Source: Lingula anatina
Lineage: Eukaryota > Animalia > Brachiopoda
Assembly: GCA_051362555.1 (NCBI GenBank)
Contig: CM120648.1
Span: 225,721-289,720 of the forward strand
DNA: 64,000 bases
Direction: 5' to 3'
A program made the translations under genes and the position numbers. Below are positions 1-13,278 of this stretch, one piece after another (the first letter of the stretch is position 1; every line of letters starts with the position of its first letter). Below the pieces are notes generated by a model. The model was not told the DNA's origin. It saw nothing but the letters and a program-made list of their open reading frames with translations, and ran no database searches.

Positions 1-976
1 CCTGTAGTAGAATTCTGTGTCTCTGATTGGTCAGTTACCATGCTCCAATGGGTCTAGCTAGCCAGTGTTAAACTGCTTTATACACTAGGTGATCTGATAA
101 TACATAAACAAACATGAAAAACCTCAGATGACCAACACTCCCACACACACAGAACTCACAACAGTTTCATGAATTCACAAAATAACAATTACATTCTTTT
201 ACCCAAGGTTTGTTTTAAGGTAATTTTTAAAAAAATAATTTACATAGCATTAACAATCCTTTATCTATCTTTGAGACCTATTTTTGTAGTACACTAACAC
301 CATGCATGTAGAGAAATCAGTGCTAATCCAAATTCTCATTTTACAGAACTTCAGTTTTGTATTAGGGTAACATTATGTGCAGATAAATAAATAAGAGTTC
401 TAAGATAGTTTAAAAAGGCATTCATTCTAGCCTTACAGGGTAAATATGTTGTGTTTTATTCCTTGCCTCTTTTCCAGGGAGCATCGCAAGGCTCCACCAA
501 CTCCACTACATAACCCTGCATTGGAATGGTTCGTGTACAGTGCTGCCAGTCCCAGCATGCATCTGAAAACATGGATAATTATATCATAAGATGTTCAATT
601 TTCTTTTTTATCTTTTACAGTTCTCTTCACTTTAATTACTTAAATTTATCATAATACTTTTTCTTACAAATTTAAATATCTAAAAATATTTATTTCAGAA
701 ATAAACACACAAACACACAGCAAATCTATCTAGGTACATGCCCTTATTTGTAGTGGAGTGTACTGGTTGTGCTAGGACTAATCTCGGGCTGTGTTTAGAT
801 CAAGTTATCCGTCCAGTTTAGTCTTTCGCATTTCACTTTTATGTTTTACTTAAAACAATACAGTCTCTGTAAAACTTACAATTTACCCAGTTAGAACAAT
901 CAAGCCATTACCATACTTCCAGGAAAGCCAGATCATTCACACCCTCATTCTGTAGAGTTCTTGCTGCAAAATTAAT

Positions 977-982
<6 letters not shown>

Positions 983-1030
<48 letters not shown>
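983..1030. repeat. (TA)n microsatellite
   Basis: Direct observation. Confidence 0.95.
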
Positions 1031-1032
<2 letters not shown>

Positions 1033-3410
1033 ATGACATACATTAATAATACACAAAGCTACAATAAGTATTAACTACAGCAAAGTACAAAAATGCTGAA
1101 CATGCTACAGCCAAATGTTACAAAATTATGCCTTTTACTCTGTTTGAAGAAATTAATAACATTTACCTAAAGGTTCGAGACAAAAATCTGTCAACTTATT
1201 TCTTTTGAACTGTATATTGTTTCCTCAATTTTTTTTCATAATTTTTGAAAATTGAGTATTGTTTCCTACCAAAAAATTGACTAATTTACACTTCCATGCA
1301 AAAGAACAGTGCAACAAGACTGCTACAAGAAGGCAGGTTATAGTATTATTGCCACACCTGAATTAGACAAATGACATAACTCACTGATGATGAATCAGTT
1401 CAGCAGTTAATACTAGTAAATAATGTGACGTGTGCACAAACTCAATGGTTAGTGTCTTGGGTTTATAAACCTTATAGGTTATATTAGAAAGCCCACTGTA
1501 TATGCTGAACTTACATTGTAGAAGAAACATGACATGAAATATACCTAAGAAAAATATTTAATTTAAGAAAATCTAATTTATGTTAGAAAAGACATCCATA
1601 CATTGGCAAGAGACTCACACTGGCGGGCAAGTACAAGTTAAATTCTAATGGCCAGCGCTCAGAAATCACTAGCATCTGTTAACTACAAAGTTTGTCGAGG
1701 CCTGCAGTAACACTGCCTTCTCATACTAAATGGCATTTAGCCATCTTATCATTATTCTAACATTGCAGTTCTTCTGACAGGTTTGATTGGTGTACATGGT
1801 GTGTGTGTGCGAGCATGCGTGTGCGTGTGTGTGTGTGTGTTAAGGGAGAGAGGCAAAAGTGCACATGATAAAATAAGAAAGGCCCTGCACAGTTAGTAAA
1901 CTAAAGCCTTGTAAGTTAATATAATGAAATTACAGTTTTGTCTTCTAATGGCAATTTTGTTATGTCTATCTACCTATCATAAATGTTTGAAAACAAACAA
2001 AGAGTTCACTTTGAGCTTGCATTTACTCGCCCCGTGACATCTAGGTCAAGTTGGGCGATTCTATATTCTGACCTTTCCCCCACCGCAGTCTTTTCCTGTG
2101 GTTTTGCATCCGTGGCGAGGAATGCAGTGACTGCAGAAGCAGCAGCCCCCCTCGTGTCGGTGTTGCCCTTACCGTGTATCAGTGCACCGACAAGGCTCCT
2201 CTGGAATACTGGGGCGACGCCATGGTTAATCCCTGAGCTTCATTTCGATTTCTGAAACATTGACATTGTACAACCGATTCCACGTCCAAAATAGAAAACA
2301 TTTTACCGAGTTTTAAACTTGGGAATGACTGACATCTTGTTTCCTTTCTAAATATCTGTGACAACTTTACTATTCGTTCGGTGGTCACGTTTAAAAATCC
2401 TGCTCACTGGTTGGCGAGAAAAGATCTCAGAAATCGCACAGGCGTGAAAATGCTTGCTGCCTCCAGCAAGTGCCGGAAAACTTCACACCACGTGGGTCAT
2501 TTACTGCGGACGTGATTCGCTGATTTACATGACGTCATTGCTGACGGTGTCGCTGAATTGCGCAATACACAGCAATACACCGCACCAAACTTGAGAAACA
2601 AGTCCAGTTGCAAGTAAACACAGGGAAAGGTAATTTCAAACTAAATAGGGTGAAATACAAGCGAAATTAATTACTTTCTACACTGTACTTAATATCGTTG
2701 ATACAACTTAACAAATCGGCACAAATGACGATTGGAGTGTTGCCGCAAGGATGACACACACATTCGTAAATGAACCATGTAGGCCTATATAAAATGTCCA
2801 GAAATTGCTCGTAAAGTAAATCGGTACCTACATTGGGGGGGATCTGTTGAGAATGCTGTTGTCCCATCCAAGACTACAGAGCGTACCGGTGTGACATGAA
2901 TGGCAGTCCGCTAGGAACCGAAGTCTGTTCCCCATTTTCTTGTACAGGTGATATGCTAACCGGTCACCCTAACCTGTGCAAAGTCCTTGCCTGCACTAAT
3001 CATATGGGACCCAGGACGTCCATCCCTAGGACTACCATTCCTGTTACACCTGTGCCTGTCAGGTAGTGTTATGATTGTGTTACAGAAGACACAAGGCATT
3101 GTGAAATGGTCATACCTATATGCGAGCGGCTTTGTGTATAATGTAAAGATCTGATGCCTCTGTCTGCTACAAAAACATGGATGGATTGTGTGGCTATTGC
3201 TATATTTAGTGGGTTCCGAATGCACATGGATAATTTAACTGTCATATACAGCAGCTGACATTGCTGGACCAGTGCGTGCATTGAAAGAATCTTCTGCAAC
3301 GTCCTTTTTGGTACTTCTGAATGATATTTACCCGGTATTTTCCAATTTAGACGCTGTTTGTAAAGACGTATTCAATATATTCAAAGACGCATTTGGAAAT
3401 TTGGATGCTG

Positions 3411-4146
3411 GCCCCCGTTTCACAAAAAAACTTAAGTCGGTTTCCCTGACTTAGGGCTTGGTTACCAACGTAATTAAGTCGTTACGTCACTAAGTCCCGT
3501 TTCACAAAGAATCTAAAAGGTCGCTTACGTCGTTTTTTTCTTAGCTGTAAGTCGACGATGTCAAGCCTCCTCGGGAGGAGACTTAAGTCGGCAAGCTCAA
3601 CTAAAACTCGGTAAATGAGAGCATAAACAACAAAAATTTGGAAAGAACATACCTCCTTCAAGATATTGTGTTATAATATCCTTGAATAGCACTGACATTT
3701 ATGGAATATTGAAATAAAAAAATAAAATTCCACTTTACCAAGCCGATCGCGTGTTTGTTTATGTTTTTGACCGCTAGACGTCCCTCAGTAGTGTTCCACG
3801 ACAAGCTAATGTTTAACTGTTGCTTTGAAGTTGCATTGAAGTTAAACTAATCAAAAAAAGTTCAAAAACAAACTTTGTTTGTGTTTTGGCTGACTTTTAT
3901 CGTTGATAAACGATCGTTCTCGGCCGAAAGAGGCCATGAAACGTCATGTCTTGTGAAACTTTTGCAATTTTACACCTCCTTTTCTTGAAGAGTTTCTCGT
4001 GCGCGTCGACTACGGTAAGCACGCCAAGCTAAGACGTTAGATTCTTTGTGAAACACTCCAAGTCGACTTCAGCTAAGTCGACCTAGCTAGGCCACCCAGC
4101 TCGAGTAAGACGTCTACGGATTTAAGATTCTTTGTGAAACGGGGGC
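3411..4146. mobile_element. Non-autonomous PIF/Harbinger-like DNA transposon (MITE), 736 bp
   Basis: 16-bp TIRs GCCCCCGTTTCACAAA (3411-3426) and TTTGTGAAACGGGGGC (4131-4146). Flanked by a CTG direct repeat (3408-3410, 4147-4149), consistent with a CWG 3-bp TSD. Subterminal copies of the TIR motif near 3496 and 4037. No transposase ORF. Confidence 0.8.
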
Positions 4147-4950
4147 CTGGTCACGAATGTGCCAGATTAAATTTTTTTTTGCATCTTCGTTTATGAACCT
4201 GAAGGCAAGACCCATGCCATTCAGAAATCGCGGCTTTGGCTCACTCTGGTGGGAAGAAAGGGTTGTACACCGCGAATACGCAGGGCAACACGTGCGCTGC
4301 GACATCGATATGTATACAGCAGGCTTCGTCTCCAACTTATTGCGGTGCGCAGGTAGTAGTCTTTCCAACGAATGTCTCAGAAACATGCTCTGTCAATAAA
4401 ACAACTGTATCAATTATACATACGGTATCAAATTAAAATGTCTTTTGCTAACATTCCATTTATTAGTATTCGGCTTGTACCGTGCAAAATGTGAAAACCC
4501 CTCAAATATATATAGAAACATATACTGATCACATGTAGGAAAATATACGCATCCATGCTATTGAAACGGAACGCTCATTTACTTCATAAAATTCTGTCAA
4601 AAATTACTGACGCAACATATACAATTTAAATAGGAAACCAAAGAAGAGTGACATTAAGAATTCTGGATATATGCCCAGTCTGATAGACTGTATAATTAAA
4701 ACATACTGAAATAGGTAAGCAAGAAACGTCTACAGCCGATAAATATTTCCAGCGGTGTGGCTTTTGAATAGGTACTGTATGCGTGTACTGATGGAGGACA
4801 AACGATTTCAATAACTCTAGATTCCAACATTTTGAACGTCTATGGTTTTTCTGCTACGAATTTAAAGACATTTTAGTCTAGATGCATTGTAAGCTATTCA
4901 TCATTGGGAAGAAAGTCCTCAAGTTCTCGATATGACCAAGATTAAGTTTC

Positions 4951-7900
4951 TCAACGTGGCTTCTCAATCGTTAAAGACTGTTTTTCACTATGTGGAACCG
5001 TCACTTCCGGTGAGGTTGCATAATCCAACGTTACCTCCGGTGGTAAATGCGTCAAATCTGTGGCTGAACGCGCCCGTGCTGAGCCGAGAGCGGCTTCGCC
5101 GTTGCCATGATAACCGCCACACGCGCCGTTCGTAAAATTGTGCTGCTGTTCATTGTTGTTATAAGATGCTGATGCTTTCGATTTAAATGACTGGTTGAAT
5201 GGCGTTGACATGATGCTACTATAATCTGCAAACTCTCCAGATATAGAGTTACTAATGGGAATATCACAGCTAGTGAAAGAATTGGTCGACAATGGCTTCT
5301 GCTTTAGACAGAGAGTCTCGTCTTTTTCTTGTTGATTGCTGGTTGTTAAAGTTTCACTTGGCTTACGGGAGTTCTTTTCACCTTTATCATGTTTTTTCGT
5401 CGCAGCATCCTACGAATGAAAAGAAAACAATATATAGACAACACTATTTTGGGCAAGTTGCTGAATTGCTGCCGGTGTCACGTGACACAGAGTTGCCCGT
5501 GATAAAGGGCCCGGTTCCCATTAATTTGCACAGGAAAGCCTCGTCCTAGATTTTGGCCCACTAACGCCAGGCTAACCTGTATAATTTAATGGAAGGTTGA
5601 CTCCCTGGCTCATGGACCCTCAGTTACGTCACACCGGCCTCTTTTTCTACATGTTCATATTTGAAGATAGATTGTGACTCGATACGTATACGAATTTTCT
5701 TTCGCTGCAAATACATATGCCTATGCACTATAGCAAACTACCATTTCTATGGTGTCAACCATTTAAGACAGGGACAGTGAGAAGTAGGAAAATGAGATCA
5801 AAATAAAAAAAATTATATGCATACATATTAACAATGTAAAATGAATAGTGAATAGTGGCATCGGTAGGGACAGGAAGGGGAACTGGGGACTATGACATTT
5901 TTGTAAATTAGACATGATATACATATATGAGCAAAAATATTCGTGAACTCTGGAGGCGGAAGATAGATGATACATCTTTAACACAAGTTGAAAATTATTT
6001 TCCAAACGTGAGCTTGCAGCCAACATGGCCGTAGGTCATCATCAGACTGACGTGATTACACGTATGTTGTTCTTCACTGACCGCTATAATACCCCTCACG
6101 TCAGTCTGACCACTATAATACCCCTCACGTCAGTCTGACCACTATAATACCCCTCACGTCAGTCTGACCGCTATAATACCCCTCACGTCAGTCTGACCAC
6201 TATAATACCCCTCACGTCAGTCTGACCGCTATAATACCCCTCACGTCAGTCTGACCACTATAATACCCCTCACGTCAGTCTGACCACTATAATACCCCTC
6301 ACGTCAGTCTGACCGCTATAATACCCCTCACGTCAGTCTGACCACTATAATACCCCTCACGTCAGTCTGACCACTATAATACCCCTCACGTCAGTCTGAC
6401 CACTATAATACCCCTCGCGTCAGTCTGACCGCTATAATACCCCTCGCGTCAGTCTGACCGCTATAATACCCCTCACGTCAGTCTGACCGCTATAATACCC
6501 CTCACGTCAGTCTGACCGCTATAATACCCCTCACGTCAGTCTGACCGCTATAATACCCCTCACGTCAGTCTGACCACTATAATACCCCTCACGTCAGTCT
6601 GACCGCTATAATACCCCTCACGTCAGTCTGACCACTATAATACCCCTCACGTCAGTCTGGCCGCTATAATACCCCTCACGTCAGTCTGGCCGCTATAATA
6701 CCCCTCACGTCAGTCTGACCGCTATAATACCCCTCACGTCAGTCTGACCACTATAATACCCCTCACGTCAGTCTGACCGCTATAATACCCCTCACGTCAG
6801 TCTGACCGCTATAATACCCCTCACGTCAGTCTGACCACTATAATACCCCTCACGTCAGTCTGACCGCTATAATACCCCTCACGTCAGTCTGACCACTATA
6901 ATACCCCTCACGTCAGTCTGACCGCTATAATACCCCTCACGTCAGTCTGACCACTATAATACCCCTCACGTCAGTCTGACCGCTATAATACCCCTCACGT
7001 CAGTCTGACCACTATAATACCCCTCACGTCAGTCTGGCCGCTATAATACCCCTCACGTCAGTCTGGCCGCTATAATACCCCTCACGTCAGTCTGACCGCT
7101 ATAATACCCCTCACGTCAGTCTGACCACTATAATACCCCTCACGTCAGTCTGACCGCTATAATACCCCTCACGTCAGTCTGACCGCTATAATACCCCTCA
7201 CGTCAGTCTGACCACTATAATACCCCTCACGTCAGTCTGACCGCTATAATACCCCTCACGTCAGTCTGACCACTATAATACCCCTCACGTCAGTCTGACC
7301 GCTATAATACCCCTCACGTCAGTCTGACCGCTTTAATACCCCTCACGTCAGTCTGACCGCTATAATACCCCTCACGTCAGTCTGACCACTATAATACCCC
7401 TCACGTCAGTCTGATGTTCCTCACTGACCGCTATAATACCCCTCACGTCAGTCTGACCACTATAATACCCCTCACGTCAGTCTGACCGCTATAATACCCC
7501 TCACGTCAGTCTGACCGCTATAATACCCCTCACGTCAGTCTGACCACTATAATACCCCTCACGTCAGTCTGACCACTATAATACCCCTCACGTCAGTCTG
7601 ACCGCTATAATACCCCTCACGTCAGTCTGGCCGCTATAATACCCCTCACGTCAGTCTGGCCGCTATAATACCCCTCACGTCAGTCTGATGTTCCTCACTG
7701 ACCGCTATAATACCCCTCACGTCAGTCTGACCGCTATAATACCCCTCACGTCAGTCTGACCACTATAATACCCCTCACGTCAGTCTGATGTTCCTCACTG
7801 ACCGCTATAATACCCCTCACGTCAGTCTGACCACTATAATACCCCTCACGTCAGTCTGGCCGCTATAATACCCCTCACGTCAGTCTGACCACTATAATAC

Positions 7901-10831
7901 CCCTCACGTCAGTCTGATGTTCCTCACTGACCGCTATAATACCCCTCACGTCAGTCTGACCACTATAATACCCCTCACGTCAGTCTGATGTTCCTCACTG
8001 ACCGCTATAATACCCCTCACGTCAGTCTGATGTTCCTCACTGACCGCTATAATACCCCTCACGTCAGTCTGATGTTCCTCACTGACCGCTATAATACCCC
8101 TCACGTCAGTCTGATGTTCCTCACTGACCGCTATAATACCCCTCACGTCAGTCTGATGTTCCTCACTGACCGCTATAATACCCCTCACGTCAGTCTGATG
8201 TTCCTCACTGACCGCTATAATACCCCTCACGTCAGTCTGATGAAGGTCTGCGACCCTGTTGGCCGCAAGCTAACGGTAGGAAGAAAATTCCGGCTTGTTT
8301 AAAACATTATCATCTAAGAAATGGTGTAATAAGTAATAATGATAGAATAGATGATAAAGAAAAATTTCATATGCGTATATCATAAAGCAGAAAGGTAAAA
8401 TGACTCATTGTCCTGTGATATATGAATAGTTCTGTTTTCCTCAAAGAGGACAAGTGGATCAACTGAGAGAGAGAGGCGAAGGCAGTTTTGAAGTTGAAGG
8501 GGGAAGGAGATGTCTACAGGAGCGTGTTACCTTATCCCTGACATACACGGGGAGGTCTGTATAGGGCTGATGCAGTTCTAAAACCGGGGACGACAGACGG
8601 AGCGGAATTGCATGGTCTAACGGCCAATGTTCACGTTGGCGGGATAAGTCTCGGGGTAATGGCGATATATTGCCATCGCTTTCGGCGTGGTGAGCTCCAA
8701 GGGCATGGTACCTTAGCTCTTCCTATTGGTAGTTATGGCAACGACAGAATGATGGATTCCGAATGAATAACGTGTTCCAAATAAAATGATGTGGCCCTTC
8801 TGGTTACCCTTTTGTTATCATCTAATCGCTGTCAACGACAACTCCCCTATTTCACCCTACTTCTAATATTTTACTATAATTTAAAAATTCACTGAAACTC
8901 CATTCCAACAACGTATTAACTAAAAAGAGGCACCCTTCCCAAGCAACGTTTATATGATACTGAGTTTTTCGATGAATATGTTATGGGCCGATATTTACGT
9001 AATTTAATTTACTTACAATTTAACAAATTTCAATTAAGAATAACTTTATTAAAATTATGACGCTAAAAACTTGAAATAAAAACTGAGGAAAACAAATGTT
9101 AAATGTACCCCATTCATAGCGTCTCCATGTTTATTGCGTGTTGACCTTGATCCGTGCTCTCGATGGCGTTTTGGTTCGTGTTTCAGAGCCACCGTGTAGC
9201 CCCGAAAGCTGGGCCGTTCTGCCAACTCCTGCTCCCGTCTAAGACGTCGGAAATAGTTTCTGTAAGTTAAATAAAATGTTAAACCAAATGCACGTGGTTA
9301 CCAAATAGGGAATAAAGGTTAAAAACAATGAACTTAATTACCTAGAGAAGCGTTGCGCTTTCTTTGGCTACATACATGTACAGTATATAGTCCTGCGAAA
9401 TTAAAATATTCAACTGTTAATAGCTTACGGAGGGTGCCCTTGGGGAGGGGGTATGATCACAGTTTACGGGAAATAAAATCATCACAAATCACAGTAAATA
9501 AAACTTTATTCATTTCTCATTGGAAATGCAAGTCCGATGAGTTGAAAATCACGACTCACCGAATATAGCAACTTTGTTTCGCGAAGGGCGAGGAATAATT
9601 CCTACAGACGTTTTGTTATTTACTTTTCTTTTAGTTCTCTCTCTTATTTTATCTCCATGTACTAATATCACTTAAAAGTTATTTGTGATAGTGAAATGCT
9701 CACCTTATTCTCATTGTCAATGCGGCTATGAAGAAAAGTCCTATCACAGAGGAGCAAACTGCTATTACCATTATCTGCGTCGAAGTTAGGTGTGCTGAAA
9801 CAAAATTGATTTCGATATAATGCAGGGTAGAAAAAACGGGTCACTTAGGAATGGCAAAGCTCCATGAGAGCATGTATTTTTCCACAGGTCATAAGAGCGT
9901 AATGTGTAATAATTACAGTATGTACCATGAATGCAATCTGTTAAAAACTATCCGTGTAACTTGAATATGCTATACCTCTTAGTGCAATCGTTATGCACCA
10001 CTAACACAGTTGTATTAAAAGGAAAATGAATCCAAACGGTAGGTTTGAACTCAATTTTCCGCTGCATTTTCAATGATATATCAATGTATGGAAAACTATT
10101 CCAATTCCAATTCGAGGGGTTCCGATGTCTTCGTCCGAGATTGTACAAAAGGGACATTAGTGTTGTAAACATAGGCATATCTTACGTGCTGCCAATCTTT
10201 CCTCTTTGTCCTTGTTCCCGTTAGACGTTTCATTGGATTCTGGGAAGGTTTCATTTCCGGTTTCATCCAGATCTCCATCAGGCAACACGTCTAGCGTTAC
10301 GTTATACGTGTTTGTAAGTACATGTTCACACTTTTTGTTCTGGTCATCGTAACTGCTGCTTATGGTAAAATTGTTGTCTCCCGCCTGGGCGTAGTCCAGG
10401 AGGTATGCGTTGCTTACGTCATATGTTTCTTGAACGTCAACCGTTGGCTTTGAAAAGGGTTCGAAATGATCAACAATATCAAGCTCCGTGAATACTAACT
10501 CGACTTTCAATAACTTGCCTTTGTTTTCTGAAACCTTTCTTATCTCTGTTAGCTTGAAGCAGTTCCTCTCAAAATTTGATAATAAATTTAACGTTGTCAG
10601 TGATTGTGTGATTTTGGCAAAACGGACGGCTCCTTGATGTTTCCTCTGCTGGTTTTCTTTGTCTCTTTCTGTTGACATTATATTCACATTAGTATAGTTA
10701 GGTGCACGTGTCCCATCAGTCGTTGTGTTTCCAGTTTCCGTCTGGTAGAAATAATTGCCTCGACTGTTTCCGGAAGTAATCGCCGTCGACGTCGCCATAA
10801 TGATAATAATAACGAATACCGCTATAGACAT
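4951..10831 (-). CDS. Five-exon type I single-pass membrane protein (~512 aa), unknown family
   Basis: Phase-compatible GT-AG exons on the - strand: 10831-10186 (MSIAVFVIIIIMATSTAITSG signal-like start, N-glycosylation sequons, phase 1), 9794-9704 (PHLTSTQIMVIAVCSSVIGLFFIAALTMRIR, TM helix), 9259-9109 (NYFRRLRREQ..., basic juxtamembrane), 8722-8531 and 5409-4951 (ends ...IEKPR stop). Total 1539 nt with no internal stops. An acceptor at 10846 implies an upstream (UTR or coding) exon. Confidence 0.8.
6007..8275. mobile_element. Hairpin/MITE-like element whose interior is the minisatellite
   Basis: 6007-6055 is the reverse complement of 8227-8275 at 41/49 positions (AGCTTGCAGCCAACA...CATCAGACTGACGTGA versus TCACGTCAGTCTGATG...TGTTGGCCGCAAGCT). 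Confidence 0.65.
6077..8240. repeat. Intronic minisatellite with a 29-bp unit (CTGACC[A/G]CTATAATACCCCTCACGTCAGT) and a 42-bp variant carrying an extra ATGTTCCTCACTG
   Basis: About 70 near-identical tandem units. The 42-bp variants appear from ~7400 and dominate the 3' end. This explains the 14-aa repeat ORFs at 7946-8302. Confidence 0.97.
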
Positions 10832-11405
10832 TATGTACACCAATACCTGTAAAAAACACGAAAGGAAATTAGAACAAGACATTTTTAGAAAAATATATCA
10901 TTTTAACTATTGCCAATAGTTTGTTGTATATATTACAAAGCTGGTCGTTGTGCACATTTCGAAACAACCACTTTGCCTGGATGATCTAATAGCGGCGTGG
11001 GCAACAAGGATTTAGAACACTTAACAAGGAATTATATGTGGTCTTTCTATGTGCACCTGTATATCCCACACGTGTACACAATGAATGATAAACAGAATAA
11101 ATAAAGTTACGAACAAATGGGCATAACTATATGTCAGCATATACATAGTAGAGTAGATTGGCACATGTGGCACCAAGCAAGACTCCCCACTACCAATCTG
11201 GTTTTAAGAAGGTCAAGGTTTTACAACATGTCGGTACTATATCACGGAGTTTTAGCCGTAGCGCGTATATGTATCTTACTCTTCAATTGCCTAGGCCTGT
11301 ATAAAGCAACGTTTAAACAAATAGATACACAATAACATTTACATGTACATATTCTACCATGGAAGTTAAGAAAATGACCCATTTTCCTGGCGCAAGAAGA
11401 CGCAT

Positions 11406-11441
<36 letters not shown>

Positions 11442-13278
11442 GGACAAGTAAATTACATAGGCCTATAAGACAGCCTACGCCGAAAGCCATGATATTTAAT
11501 TAAATACCGGTATTTGCTAAGGATAAATTGCAGCTTTAGTGTACACGGACCGCTGCGACTTGGGGTTATCTACTCAATTCCATAGGGACGTATTACAAAT
11601 TCTAAATTGACAAACCCCCCTTGGTTGTTTTATTTCAACAGACCAACCCTATACAGCGTATGGAGACTACACAACGATGAATAAAACTTTAAGGTTGATT
11701 GCATTCAGCGTGAGTCCCCGCGGAGCTGGAGTCTGCGTAGATCACCAGTTTCATTGCGCTCTTACAAGCATTTTCCTCTATGTAAAACGATCGCTGTCGT
11801 GATTTTGCGTCTTAGACTACCTGGTGCTTTGTATCTTCACGGATTAAATACATACATGTGCATGTAGATCATCAGAGTCACAGGGTATTTTGTCTCATTC
11901 GAAGAAGAGTGCAAGAGTTTTAGTGTGTAAACCGACTGTAATCCATCATTCACAAATCAGTAATGCAAGTTACATATTGCGAGATCAGTTGTCGAAGAGT
12001 TCAAGTCTAAATCACGTGGTAACAATCACTCCGCAGGCAAGCTTTTACAACAGCATCTACCAACTGAACCAGCTGGACCCTTAATGCACCAACAAGCAAG
12101 GAGTCAAGTCGGAAAAAGTTGTTCTTACTCGAAACGATTGCACGTGGTCATTTATCATTAAAGTTATAAGAAAAAAATGTGATCTCATTTTCACATCGCA
12201 GGTTGGAATAAAAGACTTATTCAGGAGCCAAGCCATTAGCAAACATCTTCTAACTCCCCCTGGTTCTTTACATTACATTACATGATGCAACCAGAAAGGC
12301 CTTTGCATTGGCAAACCTTTTAAAATCTAATAATAAAAGTTTCCTGACAGTTAATATATACCTGTATATGCAAAACCGAGAATATCATATATAATGGGCC
12401 TGCCTCTTTGCTTAATGTGACACACACCGTTCACTGTTAACTCCTTTTACCAATAAACCAATCAATTCTGGAGCAGTAATTGGCGGATATGAGGAAAGGG
12501 GGAACATTCAATGGAATGTGTAAGGTAATTTGAAAGCTATTAACGTGATTTATATATGCGATAAAACCTTCCATCTTTCCTGTTGAGTGTAAGATGTCTG
12601 CAGTGAGCGGGTACTATACTGTAGGATAATGTAGCAACCATGGAACGCTCTATAAGATACAGAATTAAGGTAATATTTATGATAACTAAATATACGTGAC
12701 GTCATTAAGTTAGTACTGCATTATCATACATAATAATAACTAAAAGTAGGATTTCATAAAAAATAAAATACATGCACAAACATTTGACAGATGAGAAGAA
12801 CAAATCGTAAAAGGGCTAAATTTTTATTCTTCATATTAACTAACCAAAATGTATTTACCGACCAGAGAGAACTCAAAAATAGCACAGTTTCCAGGTGTTG
12901 CCTTTACACCAGCAATAAAATAACCCAATCTTTTTAAAAATTAAAACGCAGTGCTTTATTGCCAGTAGTCGAAGTTCCACACACGCCATTGTACCATTTG
13001 TGTTTCTGTGTTCTGCATAGAGCTTTACCAGTCTCTGCGGATTTGTTGATTCCCGAGAGACATTCTTTCCAAAGTATAGAAATAGGAAATTACACCGGAT
13101 TTTGAAAGGTGGGGACAATGGCTGCTGCGTGCCTAAAAAACTGTGTACAAAGACTGTCGATTCAGATTTCACCCTCTCTTAACCTTAAGTTCATCCGATT
13201 GATTCATACAGTTATTTGAACGTAATGGTGATACTCATGATTCAGGTTATTCACATTTGGGACAATTCTTTGTATATA

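Noticed and set aside
1-2260. Minus-strand exon-like segments (470-563, 912-963, ~2030-2252), with RTLQNEGVNDLAFLE resembling an amine-oxidase motif
   Set aside because: Splice sites are plausible, but joining the segments gives stops. No coherent CDS emerges; this could be lncRNA or a relic.
2470-2540. E-box, ETS and CRE motif cluster as a promoter
   Set aside because: Short motifs with no supported downstream gene.
6077-8240. CRISPR-like array (29-bp repeat)
   Set aside because: Units are contiguous with no unique spacers, no cas genes are present, and the context is a eukaryotic intron. It is a minisatellite.
8237-8262. Hammerhead ribozyme (CTGATGA followed by a GGTC/GACC stem)
   Set aside because: The required GAAA after stem II is missing (CTGTT instead). 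The segment is explained as an inverted-repeat arm.
7946-8302. 14-aa repeat ORFs on both strands
   Set aside because: By-product of the 42-bp repeat unit being a multiple of three.
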